NCBI RefSeq assembly: GCF_963921235.1
Contig: NC_086097.1
Coordinates: 86,616,001-86,680,000 of the forward strand
Source of the DNA: Mobula hypostoma
Lineage: Eukaryota
DNA length: 64,000 bases
Direction of reading: 5' to 3'
The notes under the pieces are model-generated. The model did no database searches. It was given only the letters and a program-made list of their open reading frames with translations, and was not told the DNA's origin. The translations under genes were made by a program, and so were the position numbers. This document shows positions 28,557-40,530 of the stretch, in pieces; within the stretch, counting starts at the first letter, position 1, and the number at the start of each line of letters is the position of its first letter.

Positions 28557-29563
28557 TATATTTAAAAACAAAAGGTTTTAAAAAAAAACTCCCATCAGGC
28601 AGGAGATGCTGTAGCATTAGGACAAAACTGGTTAGGATGAGAAACAGCGTCTTCCCTTGGCTGTAAGACTACTAAACTCCCTGGCACTACCCATGTCTCA
28701 TCATGAATAAAGCACCAGTGGCACTATACTGTTAATTTTTAACTTACAGTATGTGCACCTTATTATTTTGTTAATTTATTTGTGGTACTATTACTTTATG
28801 TGTGTGACACGTGTTGTGCACCTTGGTCTGGAGGAATGTTGTCTTGTTTGGCAGTATGTAGGTGTGCAGTTAAATGACAATACACTTGAGCTTGATCTTG
28901 TATCTCAAGCTTGCATCTTACAGGGTTAGGAGCACACCCATCCTCTGAGAATGTTAAAATTGGCCATATGCACCCCATGTTCTGCTCCATTGTGCAATGA
29001 GATCATAACTGAACTTTTATCTTGGCTCAATTTTCTTACTCTAACCCCATCTTTCCTTGATTAGCTGGAGCTAATAAAGCACTCCTGGACAATAAATTCC
29101 GAAGATTTGCTACAATCTGGTTTTAAAGTTTTAATGCTTAGCTTTATTTGTCACTTGTACACCAAAACATACAGTGAAATGTGTCATTTGCATCAACAAC
29201 TAATACAGTTCAAGGATGTGCTGGGGGCAGCCCACAAATATTGCCATATTTCTGTTGCCAATATAGCATGCCATAACTTAGTGACCTGTACATCTTTAGA
29301 ATGTAGGAAGAAACTCATATTCATGGGTTGAGCTTACAACTCCTTATAAACGGTGGCGGGAATAGAACCCTGGTCGCTGGCACTGTAAGGCATCACGCTA
29401 ACCACTAAGCTACTGAGCCACAGTAATTTTGATTGATGGTTGATGTTGTTTTAACTTGTCTTGACCTTAAGTGTTAATCCCTTATTTTGAAATAATGACC
29501 CCTTTGTTCCCGATATGCCCGTCAGAATTGATTGTGTTTCCATATACTCACCTAATTGAAAGT

Positions 29564-30298
29564 ACAGTGGATTCCGGGACACATTGGAACCACCAATTAA
29601 GCAACAACTGTAATTAGCTGAAGTTTCATGGAAGTAGTTAAAAAGGTTTAAAAAGACAAACCAGTAACAAATTATGTATGCAAATGAAATACAGAAAAAA
29701 TTAGAACACTACTGTAGTACTATAAAACTATGTATTACTTCCTAATATTTATCGATGGAACAATTCACCCACAATGTGTTCTTGTGACCATAAATGAACA
29801 AAATCAGCGCAGACACTTATTACAAATAATGGACTGCCTTCATACAATGCTGTCGACAATTGCATCCTTCAAATCTTCATTTTCTTTGTAATGTTCACGA
29901 TGATTATTGATAGCTTCAAATTCTTTGTAGTTTCTAACTTGTTGAAGTAGTGGTTGTTTCTGGCATCTTCAAACCTGAATGCTTGAAACTGCAATGAGCA
30001 AAACAGTTCCGAATTGTCTTGCTGCTTATTTCTCGCCAACTATCAGTGACAAAAATTGCTGCTTTTTGCACACAAGCACATGCAACTGATGCCATTTAAA
30101 GACTGTTTGCTCAAAGCTTGGTGTTGTGTCTAATGGCAATGCAAGTCCACACAACATGACACTAATTAGAAAAGAAACTGTTTGGCAACAGTTTCCTGCT
30201 CCAACTAAGCGGCATGGTATCCCAAATAAACAAAAGGAATCCGGGCTTTTTTCTAGATTAGTTTTTGTTCTTTAATAGTTGTTCCAAATAAGCAGGTG
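29564..30298. mobile_element. Non-autonomous Tc1/mariner (Tigger-like) DNA transposon remnant
   Basis: Starts ta|cagtggattcc with repeated ccaattaagc/ccaaataagc sub-terminal motifs; right TIR truncated. Confidence 0.5.
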
Positions 30299-30512
30299 TA
30301 GTATTGTTAGAGCATAATTGGCGCAAGACATCTCTTCTTGTACTGAAGTGTTCTTGTAACATACCATTTGTTTTCTTAATTGCTTGATGTGAATGTATGA
30401 TAACTTCTAGTGTTTTCTATTTAAAACACCTAGTTTCCTCTGAATACCTGCACCTTGCATCCTTCCATCATTTAAAAGTAATACTTCACATTTCTGTTTT
30501 TTGTATGCATGT

Positions 30513-31075
30513 GTTGTTCGTCCATCATTGACGTCGATGAGGACCTCGACACCATTATGATGGTGTCGAGACTAGCGCGTGATTTGGATTTAAGTGAGGG
30601 AGAGTTGCGCAGCGTCAGCCTCACTCTGTCTTCCCAATTCCCATCTGGATCCAGTGGCAAGACAGAGTCTAGACGGCTGGAGATGGGACTAGGCGCAGTG
30701 GATGACCAGGACGTCTCCTGTGTCTTGTCCTGCTCTACACGTTCCACAACGCTTGCAGAGACCGCCTTCTTCACCGTTGGACCTTCCATTGGTCTCGTCC
30801 GCTCAATCCGCCGGAGTCTGTCTTCACATGCTGGGATAGACAACTCCCTATCTCACCGAGGGTTTGAGACCCGTCGGCTACCCTGACCTGGTTTAGCCGG
30901 CTTGTCGAAGCCATTGCCCGGGGTGTGGCCACTGCCGCATGCAAACAGCTACGGGGAGCTACAGGTGAGAGCTGAGTGCCAGGTGGGGACCAAAGGTGGA
31001 CTAACCGCCCTGAAAAGGATGTGACCTGTTCCCCCACCAGAGGTGCTACCCCTCCCTGACACCCCATACGCCCCA
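30513..31075 (-). mobile_element. Non-coding RTE-type bipartite retroposon (~560 bp)
   Basis: CpG-rich (young). 9 bp TSD tatgcatgt (30504-30512 / 31076-31084). 3' end has stem-loops (perfect 11 bp stem 30545-30570) and a short (AAC)n tail; no RT ORF. RTE assignment is from recalled 3'-end similarity. Confidence 0.75.
30886..31065 (-). ncRNA. Candidate HDV-like self-cleaving ribozyme at the retroposon 5' end
   Basis: P1 GGGGUGU/ACACCCC; P2 ACCUG/CAGGU; P3 AGC/GCC; L3 starting UCC; GGGCAAU after P1'; P4 GGCUU-CGAC-AAGCC; J4/2 GGCUAA. All in HDV order. Confidence 0.65.
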
Positions 31076-31764
31076 TATGCATGTAGATGAGTTCTCGGTA
31101 TCAATCATGGTGCACCCTACCAATCTCACCCTCTAATCTTGGAAATGAATTCTTTGTTCCCACCATTTTGTCTTTACAGTATGTTAGCTCCAACACCTTG
31201 TGCTTTGTCCAGCACGTCACTATATGTCATCTGAAAGTCCTAATATTTATTTATTGAGAGATACAGTGGAACAGGCTGTTCCAGGGTACTGAGCTGCACC
31301 ACCCACCAAAACCCCCTGTTTAACCCTAGCCTAATCACAAAACAATTTACAGTGTCCAGTCACCCTACTAACAAGTATGACTTTGGACTGTAGGAGGAAA
31401 CTGAAGTATCCAGAGGAAACCCATGTGCACATGGTAAGAATATACAAACTTTCTTACAGAGGAAGCCAGACTTGAACTCCGACACACCGAGCTATAACAG
31501 CATTGCACTAACTGCTACGCTACAGTGGTACCCTTAGCCCAACTAGTTCATTCTGTTAGTTAAACCACAAAAGAGAATTCAAATCTATTTGTCATTCATG
31601 ATTCAGCCTTCCATAAACCCCCATCAACTATACTCTGTGCAACAATACAAGCCTGTGCATTCTGTATCTCTGTAACAACCTTTGAAATTCCAGGATGCAG
31701 GCCTCTGGGTTCTGTGATTTATTGCCTTTTAATCTTAATAATTTCTCCGATAATTATTTATTGA

Positions 31765-33430
31765 CACAAGATGTTCTTCAGATGCTGGAAATTTAGAGCA
31801 ATGAACAGAAAATACTGGAGGAACTCAGCAGGTTAGGCAATATCTAAAGAGGGGAATAAACAGTCGAGATTTCCGGTTGAGGCCCTTCATCACGACTGGA
31901 AAGTAAGAGGGAGGAAGCCAGAATAAGAAAGTTGGGGGAGAGGAAGGAGTAGAAGCTTGATGTGATAGTGAAACTAGCTGGGGAGAGCGAAGGTAGCTAG
32001 GTTGGTGGGGGAGGAAGGATTAAGTGAAAAACTGGGATGTAACGGACCTAAAGGCTGAAGAAGAGGAGAATGGACAATGGAAAAAAGGGAAGGAGGAGAG
32101 GCACTAGAGAGAGCTGATGAGGAGAAGAGAAGGGAGAAGACGGGAGCAGGAAAGGAGAATCAGAGAAGGGGAAGCGGGGTATATTACTGGAACTTAGAGA
32201 AATTGATGTTCATGCCATCAGTTTGAAGGCTACCCAGATGGAATATGAGGTGTTGCTCCTTCAACCTGACAGTGGGCTCATTGTGACAATAGAGGAGGCC
32301 ATGTACTGACATTTCAGTATGGGTATAGGAAGTAGAATTTAGGACCATAAGACATTAGAGCAAAATTAGGCTGTTCAACCCATCAAGTCTTCTTTGCTAT
32401 TTCGTCATGACCGACTTACCATCCCTCTCAATCCCATTCTCCTGCTTTACCCATGTAACCTTTGATGCCCTGACTAATCAAGAACCTATCAATTTCTGCT
32501 TTAAATATTCACAATGATATGGCCGCCACAGCTGTTTGTGGCAATGAATTCCACTGATTCACCACCCCTGGCAAATGAAATTCCTCCTCATCTCTATTCT
32601 AAGTGGATGCCTTCTATTCTGAGGCTGTACCCCTTGGACTTAGGCTCCCCCACTGTAGGAAATATCCTGTCCACATCCACTCTATCTAGGCCTTTCAATA
32701 TTTGATAGATTTCAATGAGATTTCTCTTCATTCTTCTAAACTCCAAAGAGTTGTCAAACACTCCCCATATGTTAATCCTTTCATTCCTGGAATCATTCTT
32801 GTGACCCTCCTCCCGATCCTCTCCAATGCCAGGAAAGGGGCCCTAAACTGCTCACAGTACACCAAATGCTATCTGACTAATGCCTTATAAAGCTTCAGCA
32901 TTACATCATTTGTAACCCGTAAAATGGGTGGTTATCAGGAAAGCCCACCTTTTGTAGCGGATAGAGTGAAGGTGCTCGGCGAAGTGGTCTCTCAATCTAT
33001 GTTGGGCCTCCCCGCTGTAGAGGAGGCCGCACCAGGAGTACCTGATACAGTAAATGACACCAACAGACTCACCTGTGAAGTGTGTCTTCACCTGGAAGGA
33101 CTGTTTGCGGTGAAGGAGGAGATGTAGGTGCAGGTGTAGCACTTGTCCCACTAGCAGGCATAAGTGCGAGGAGGGAGATCAGTGGGGAGGGACAAGTGGA
33201 AAAGGGATTCATGTAGAAAGCGATCCCTGTGGAGAGTTGGGGAGGGGGGGAGGAAGGAAAAGACGTGTTTAGTGGTAGGATCCAGTTGAAGATGGCAGAA
33301 ATGACAGAGAATGAGGTGCTAGATTTGGAGGTTTGTGGAATGGTAGGTAGGGACAAGGGGTATTTGACTTGTGGCGGTGGAGAGATGGGGTGAGGGTAGA
33401 TATCTGGGAAGTGGAGGAGGTATGGGTGAG
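31765..33430 (-). mobile_element. Older Penelope-like element with a nested CR1 3' fragment (~32341-32908, minus)
   Basis: Minus-strand GIY-YIG remnant (GVIYCIRYSWCGLLYSGEAQHRLRDHFAEH); 3' UTR with decayed hammerhead at 31861-31898. Confidence 0.85.
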
Positions 33431-34439
33431 GACTGTATTTTACTGATGCTAATTACTTTGAGTTGTTCATTCATTCTACATCTTGAGACTTGCTCTTTTT
33501 GGAAGGTTTTCTGTGAATTCCGTATAGACAGATGCAAAATATTTGTTTTATTTCTGTTATTTCCTTATGCCCCAATATAATTCCTTTTGTCTTGGTCACT
33601 CCACGACAAAAACAGCTTAACAGTAACAAAGCTCAAAACACCTTGAGGGCTACTGCATTATTTCTTTGGGAAACTGAGATAATGGATTGACTTGACGTAA
33701 GCATCGTGCATGTTGCAAATCCTTTGTCTATAATTGGGAAAGCTGCTTTTATAACTAGACAGGCAAAATTCTAAGTAATTGATATTGTATATTCTGTCAG
33801 CTACTGAGACTAATAAACTCGTGTAATGCTGTTACTGTATTGGCTGGAGAAGGAGTAAATGGAACTTGTGAACATCAGTTTTAATGAATAATGTGACACA
33901 TTTGACATTTTGCATTAAATGAAGACTCCAACGTGCTATAACACAAATATTTCATTATTATGCAGAACCTTTATCTAATGTCAAGAGAAAGCCCAGCTGC
34001 AGTGTTTTGTGGAGGTTTCTCAAATACTAATGAATTTTCTTCAGGCTTCCAGATAACACATCGGCGTTTATTAGCGCCAGTGTAAATAACAATATTAAAT
34101 TACATTTTTCGATGAGAAATGGTATAATCTGAAAGAAAGTAAGAAAATAATATCCACCTTTCTCAATAGATGTTGCATTATGTATTTGATCTCTGCACTT
34201 GTGATGCAATTGTAAGGATCCTAATATCAATGTCATCTTGGACATATTGCGTTGGGGTGGGGGGATCAGGTGCAGGTCACGGCACTGAGGAGAAGGGATA
34301 ATTGATGGTAATAGTGTTAGGAAGAAGTTTAGTGAATGTAGAATTGGCCAGTTTTTCTTAATGTGATCATTAATTCGTAGCAATGTCTTTGGCTGTCTCT
34401 TGAGGAAAATTGGGTTTGCTCAGTTCTGATAATTTGTAG

Positions 34440-36150
34440 ATCATATAACACAGTAGTGAATACACAGGCCCTCAGCCCACAATGTCTGTATTGAACGTAA
34501 TGCTAAATTAAACTCAAATGCATATGATTCATGACCCTCTATTTCCTGCACATTTGTGTGCCTATCTAAAAGCCTTGGAAATGCCACTACACTATCTACT
34601 TCCACCATTATTCATGGCAGTGCACTTAGACACCTGCTACTCTCTATTTAGGAAAAACCTTGCCCCCCACATTTCCTTTAAACTTTTCTTCTGTCTCCTT
34701 AAAGCTGTGCCACAGAGTATTTGATGTTTGTACCCCGAAAAACGGTTTTGACTCTCTACCCTATCGACGCCTAGTCATGATTTTATAAACTATCAGGTCT
34801 CCCTTCAGCCTTCAATGCTCCAGAGAGAACAATCCAAGTTAGTCTAACCTCTCCTTGTAGCCAATAGCCCCCAGTGTGGACCCCCTTGTTCTGCACCTTC
34901 TCTAAAGCCTCCACATCCTTTCTGTAATGGGACAATCAGAACTACACATGATTCTTGAAATGTGGTTTAACCAAAGTTTTAAATAGCTGCAACATGGTTT
35001 CTTGACTCTTACACTCAGTGCTGACTGATAAAGCAAGCATACCATATGCCTTCTTAACTACTCTGTCTATATGTGTTGCCATTTAGAGGAAACTAGGGAC
35101 TTGGATACATTCCTCCATATGTCGGTGCTGGGGGGGTTCCTGCCATTAACTATATACTTCCTCTTACATTGAACATCCCAAAGTGCAGCTGCTCACACTT
35201 GCCTGGATTAAACTCCATTATGTCCTTTCTCCACTCATATCTGTAACTGATCTATATCCTGTTATAACTATTGACAAATTTCTTCACTATCTGTAATTCC
35301 ACTAATTTTTGAGTCAGCTTTAAACTTACAAAGTAACCGTCTACATTTTCAATTGAAGTCATTTTATATGTTCACAAACAGCAGAGGTCCCAACGCTGAT
35401 CACTTTAGAACACCAGTGGTCACAGACCTCCAGCCAGAATAACACCCTGCCTCTGATACTCTGTCTTCTATAGGCAAGCTGATTCTGCATCAAAGCTACT
35501 AAATCATCCTGGATCCCATATATCTTAATCTTCTAGAAAATTCCAGCCTTTCTTGCACTGCGGACCGGTTTTATTATTGACAATATTCTTGCGAACCGGC
35601 CGACGGTGGGGGGGGGGGGGGTGTTCAAGTTCAGCAGTGCGTGACATGGAATGAGGAAAGGTGCAGCTGACTCGTATCGTTTCCTCGTGGCCTGGTAGCA
35701 CACGCTTTGCGGCCCCGTGTTGGGGACCACAGTTCTAGATCAGCCTATCATGAGGGACCTTATCAAATGCCCTGCTAAAGTATAAGAGACAAAATCTACT
35801 ACCCACCTTTATCAACCACCTTCACCTCAAAAAAAAACAAACTCCACATGACCTGCCCCACAAAGCCATACTGACTATCCCTAAGTAGCCAATGGTTTTC
35901 TAAATGCTCATGAATCCCGTCTGTAAGAATCCTTGTCAGTTGCTTCCTGATGTGTGGTTTACTGGCCTATAATTTCCTGGATTATTTCTATTTTCCTTTT
36001 TGAGTAAAGGATGAACATTGGCTATTGTCTCATTCCTGGATCTCACCTATGGCTAGAAAGGATACAGTGATCTTCGTCAAGGTGCCAGCATTCTCTTTTC
36101 TTGGCTCTTGATAACCTGGGATTGGTCCATCAGGCCCTGGGGACCCATCC
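34440..36150 (-). mobile_element. CR1 LINE 3' half (decayed), containing a hAT MITE
   Basis: Reverse-complement CR1 3' UTR and RT-coding motifs. Confidence 0.75.
35539..35732 (-). mobile_element. hAT MITE, same family as 43405-44625
   Basis: Shares both sub-terminal regions with 43405-44625; 8 bp TSD ttctagaa/ttctagat; one TIR damaged. Confidence 0.8.
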
Positions 36151-36269
36151 AATGACAGAATTTGACCAATGAGTCTCGGATTGTTTTAGTGAAATGGAGG
36201 TTGAGGATGTTTCTCTTGTTCTTACTAAAAGTCTACGGATGTACAACTGAGAGCACACGGCTTTAACCA

Positions 36270-36950
36270 ATGGAACGTATTTTGCACAGAAACAGGCCTT
36301 TAGCCATAATGTTATTCCAAAGTAATTAAATTGATCATGCTTAATTAAACTAAACACTTCTGCCTGCCTATTGTCTACGTTCCACCATTCTCCATATATT
36401 CGTGTGCCAATCTCAGAATGTCTTAAATATCTCTATCTGTCCCACCACATGACGAAGGGTCTCGGCCCAAAACGTCGACTGTACCTCTTCCAATAGATGC
36501 TGCCTGGCCTGCTGTGTTCCACCAGCATTTTGTGTGTGTTCCCTGTATCATTAGACATTTTGGCTCTGGGGAAAAAAGAGTAGATAGTTGGCATCTTTCT
36601 ACGCCTCTAATAATTTTATAGATTTTTGTAAGGTCTCCCTGTGGCCTCTGCCACTCCAGAATAAAACAACCTCGATTTGTACAACCTATCCATATAGCAC
36701 ATACCCTCTAATCCAGGCAAAATTGTAGTAAACCTTTTCTGCACCCTCTGTGTATTCTCTACATCACTCCTGAAGTGTGTCAACCAGAAATGAATGCAAT
36801 ACTCTAGATGTGGCCTAACTAGAGTTTTATAAAGCTACAGCATTAATTCCTGCTCCATTGACTGTGAACTCAGTGCCTTGATTAATAAAGACAAACATAT
36901 ATGAAATGAGGCACCCTGTCGACTTGTGCAGCCACCTTCAGGGAGCTTCG
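36270..36950 (-). mobile_element. CR1 3' fragment with a ~90 bp PLE tail insertion (36450-36540, +) starting inside the hammerhead core
   Basis: tgacgaagggtctcggcccaaaacgtcgactg...tgtgtgtt is embedded in reverse-complement CR1 3' sequence. Confidence 0.7.
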
Positions 36951-37293
36951 GTACATCTGTCCTAACTAGAATACTGATCAATGTTATAGTTAAGACAAAG
37001 AACTACATGATGTTGATTATAATCAATAGCATTTTCTGTATCCCTGTTGTACCCCCAACACTTAAGGAGGTTACTATAATGATTGGTTGAATTAATGGAC
37101 ACTCAAACTGTCAACTGTGCATTCCTTTTGTTGTATGCACAGTTTGAAGTGTCAAAACATTGGCACTTAATCTGTTGTTTCGGATGAATATTGAAATCTG
37201 AGCGAATTGAGAATCTGGCAAGGGAAGTGGTACTCGTGTTAAAGTTGGATTTGTAGCTGGATATTCCACTGCAGAAAAAATATTAGAAATTAG

Positions 37294-39090
37294 AGGATTA
37301 GGAAGCCTTCAAAAACCAACAGAAGGCAACTAAAAGCCATAGGGAGATAAAAGATGTAAACTAACCAATAATATAAAAGAGGATACCAAAAGCTTTTTCA
37401 GATATATGAAGAATAAAAGGAGAGAGTGGATATTGGGCCACTGGAAAATGACGCTAGAGTGGTAGTAATGGGGAACAAATGATAGATTAATTGATTAAGT
37501 ATTTTGTATCTGTCTTCACTGTGGAAGACACTAGCAGTATGCCAGAAATTTGAGTGTGTCAGAGGCGTAATTGCTATTGCAAAGGAGAAGGTGCTTAGGA
37601 AGCTGAAAGGTCTGAAGGTAAATAAGTCACTTGGACCAAATGGATTCCATGGTTCTGAAAGAGGTAGCTGAAGAGATTCTGGAGGCTTTAGTCATGATCT
37701 TTTACAAATCACTGAATTCTGGAATGGTTTTGGACGACTGGAAAATTGTAAATGTTATTTCACTCTTTAAGAAGGGAGGGAGACAGAAGAAAGGAAATTA
37801 CAGGCCAGTTAGCCTGAATTCATGGTTGGGAAGATGCTGGAATCCATTATTAAAGATGAGGTTTTGGGGTATATGGGGGTGCATGATAAAGTAGGCCAAA
37901 TTCAGTATGGTTTTCTTAAGGGGAAGTCTTGCCTAATAAGTCTGTTGGAATTCTTTGAGGAAAGAAGAGGCAGGATAGACAAAGGAATGTTTGTGGATGT
38001 TGTTTACATCAATTTTCATAAGGCCTTTGATAAAGTCCTGCATATGAGATTGCTTAACAAGGTAACAGTCTATGGTATTGCAGGAAAGATACTAACATGA
38101 ATAGAAGATTTGCTGATTGGCAGGAGGCAAAGAGTGGGAATAAAGGGGCCTTTTTTGGTTGGCTGCCAGTGAGTAGTGGTTTTCGAGAGGGGTCAGTGAT
38201 GGGACTGCTACTTTTTGCATTATATGTCAATAATTTGGAGGTTGAAGTTGATAGCTTTGTGGACAAGTTTGTGGATGATTTGAAGATGGGTGGAGGGGCA
38301 ATTGGTGTTGAGGTAGCAAGGAGTCTGCAGAAGGACTTGGGCAGATTGGGAAAATGGACAAAGTGGCAGGTGGAATATTGTATAGGGATGTGAATGGTCA
38401 TGCATTTTGGTAGAAGGAATAAAGCGTGGATTATTTTCTAAGCATGGAACAAATTCAGAAATTGGAGGTGCAGAGGGCCCTGGGAGTTCTCATGCAGGAT
38501 TCCTTAAAGATTAACTTGCAGGTTGAGTTGTGGTAAGGAAGGCAAATGCAATGTTGGTATTCATTTTGAGATGTTCTGGCGTTGGGCAGAGTCCTGAGGA
38601 GGTTGACAAGAATGATTCCACAAAGGAAAGGGTTAAAAAAAAAACGAAGAACATTTGATGCCTCTGGGCTTGTACTCACTGGAGTTTAGAAGAATTAGGG
38701 GATGGAGAATCTCATTGCAACCTACTGAATATTGAAAGGCCTAGATAGAGTGGATGTGGAGCAGATGTTTCCTATAGTGGAGGAGTCTAGGGCCGGGGGA
38801 CACAGCCTCAGAATAGAGGGACATCCATTTAGAAGAGTGATTCAGAGGAATTTCTTTAGCCAGAGGGTGGTGGGTCTGTGAAATTCATTGCCATAGATGT
38901 CTGTGGAGGCTCAGTAATTGGGTATATTTAAAGCAAAGGTTGACATGTTTTTGATTAGTTAAGCATCAAAGATTACAAGGAGAAGGCAGGAGAATGGGGT
39001 TGAGAGGGACAGTAAAGCAGCCATGATGGAATTGCAGAGCAAACTCAAAGGGCCGGATAGCCTGACTCTGCACTCATGTTTTATGGTCTT
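37294..39090 (+). mobile_element. 5'-truncated CR1 LINE (same subfamily as 15940-19433)
   Basis: LFKKGGRQKKGNYRPVSL, GKSCLISLLEFFE, FDKV, KFVDD; tail ttatggtctt. Confidence 0.9.
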
Positions 39091-40089
39091 AATTTCCCTA
39101 AGTATGATATATATTGTCTGGAGTTTTGTTTCTGATTGTTCCAAGATATACTATTTGATTAATGTCTTTTCTGCTATCTGCATATGAAAATGGGAATTAT
39201 ATCACAAGATTTTACTGTGTTGCTTCTCATCATGTGACCTGAAATTTCATGTTTAAACAAAAATTATGCCAGTTGGAGTAAAATCACAAATGAATATATT
39301 TGTGTAAATTATACTTTTTGTACTTTTAAAATTTTATTCGACAAAGTTAGAACCATTTAATCTGCAATAAAAAGGAAGGAACAGATGCCCATTTGCGAAC
39401 ATATTCAAACAACTTTATGGCACAACCATTGTGATATCTAGTGGTAAAGAGTCTAAATAATTCAGAAGCAATATTGGCAGATTTCTGTAACTAGGAGCAC
39501 ATACAGAAATATTGGAAGAGGGTGGCAAGACACCAAGTCATCAGTTATTCAGCAGCTGCTTGAATGAGAAAACAAAATCCAATAGTTGAGGTTAGAATGA
39601 GCTTTCAAGTGTCTTTATTGAGTTTGAAATTGATTGTATTGTTCTTAACTGCTCAGAACAGGTCATTGGGCATCATACATCCAAATGCAATATCTTCATT
39701 ATTAAATACATGATAATGTTCACCAAAGATTTCTGAGCAAGTCTTGAAAAGGAAATTTAAAAAAAGTTAGAGTTGAAGCCTGGAGCACTTAGATCATTCT
39801 CTTTTCTGGAAGGAGGAGGCCAGCTCCTGTAGAAGCAAATAGTGGGCAAAAGAAGGCTATCAACCCAAAACCTCCTTTCTCTTTACAATTTCCTTGATCA
39901 GCTGTGTTTCCCAATGATTTAACAACATTGTTTTTGTGGAATATTTACGGTAGAATTAAGTTGAATTGTTGTAATTGCTATCATTGAATGTTCTGTTGAT
40001 CTAATTTGAGCATCCCACCACTGTCCCTATCCACCACCCCCACCCGCTCACATAAGCTGTCACTCTTGCTGTCTCTAACTGTTCCCCCT

Positions 40090-40530
40090 ACCCCCCACAT
40101 CCAGGGCATACACCAGAAGCACTGCATTCACAGAGCCCTCAGCATTGTCAAGGACCCCTCCCATCTGTCCCACAATTCTTTAACCTCCTACTGTCAGGCA
40201 GAAGGTACCGCAATTCTAAGAACAAGGACTATTGGGCTGGGTAACAGCTTCTACATCCAGGCTATGAGACTCCTGAACACCCTGCTGTCACCCAGTACAC
40301 ATTACCCATGACACTGCCAGTAGCATTACACTGTTGTATATTAAAGTATATGTCATATATGCACCTTGTCAATTTATTCACCTATAATTTTTTTATCTTT
40401 CAATATTAATATTATTTCATGAGCTGTATATAGTATATGTCCTATGTTTTGTACCTTGGTCTCAGAGGAATGTTGTTTCATTTAGCTGTATACATATGTA
40501 CAGTTGGATGACAATAAGCTTGAACTTGCT
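40090..40530 (+). mobile_element. Rex1/Babar-type LINE 3' fragment (related pieces at ~28590-28900 + and ~41430-41905 -)
   Basis: RALSIVKDPSH..SGRRY..NSF C-terminal motif followed by an AT-rich 3' UTR shared among the copies. Confidence 0.6.

Noticed and set aside
30472..30886. Overlapping 123-125 aa ORFs on both strands
   Set aside because: GC-rich non-coding retroposon body; no recognisable domain or splice context.
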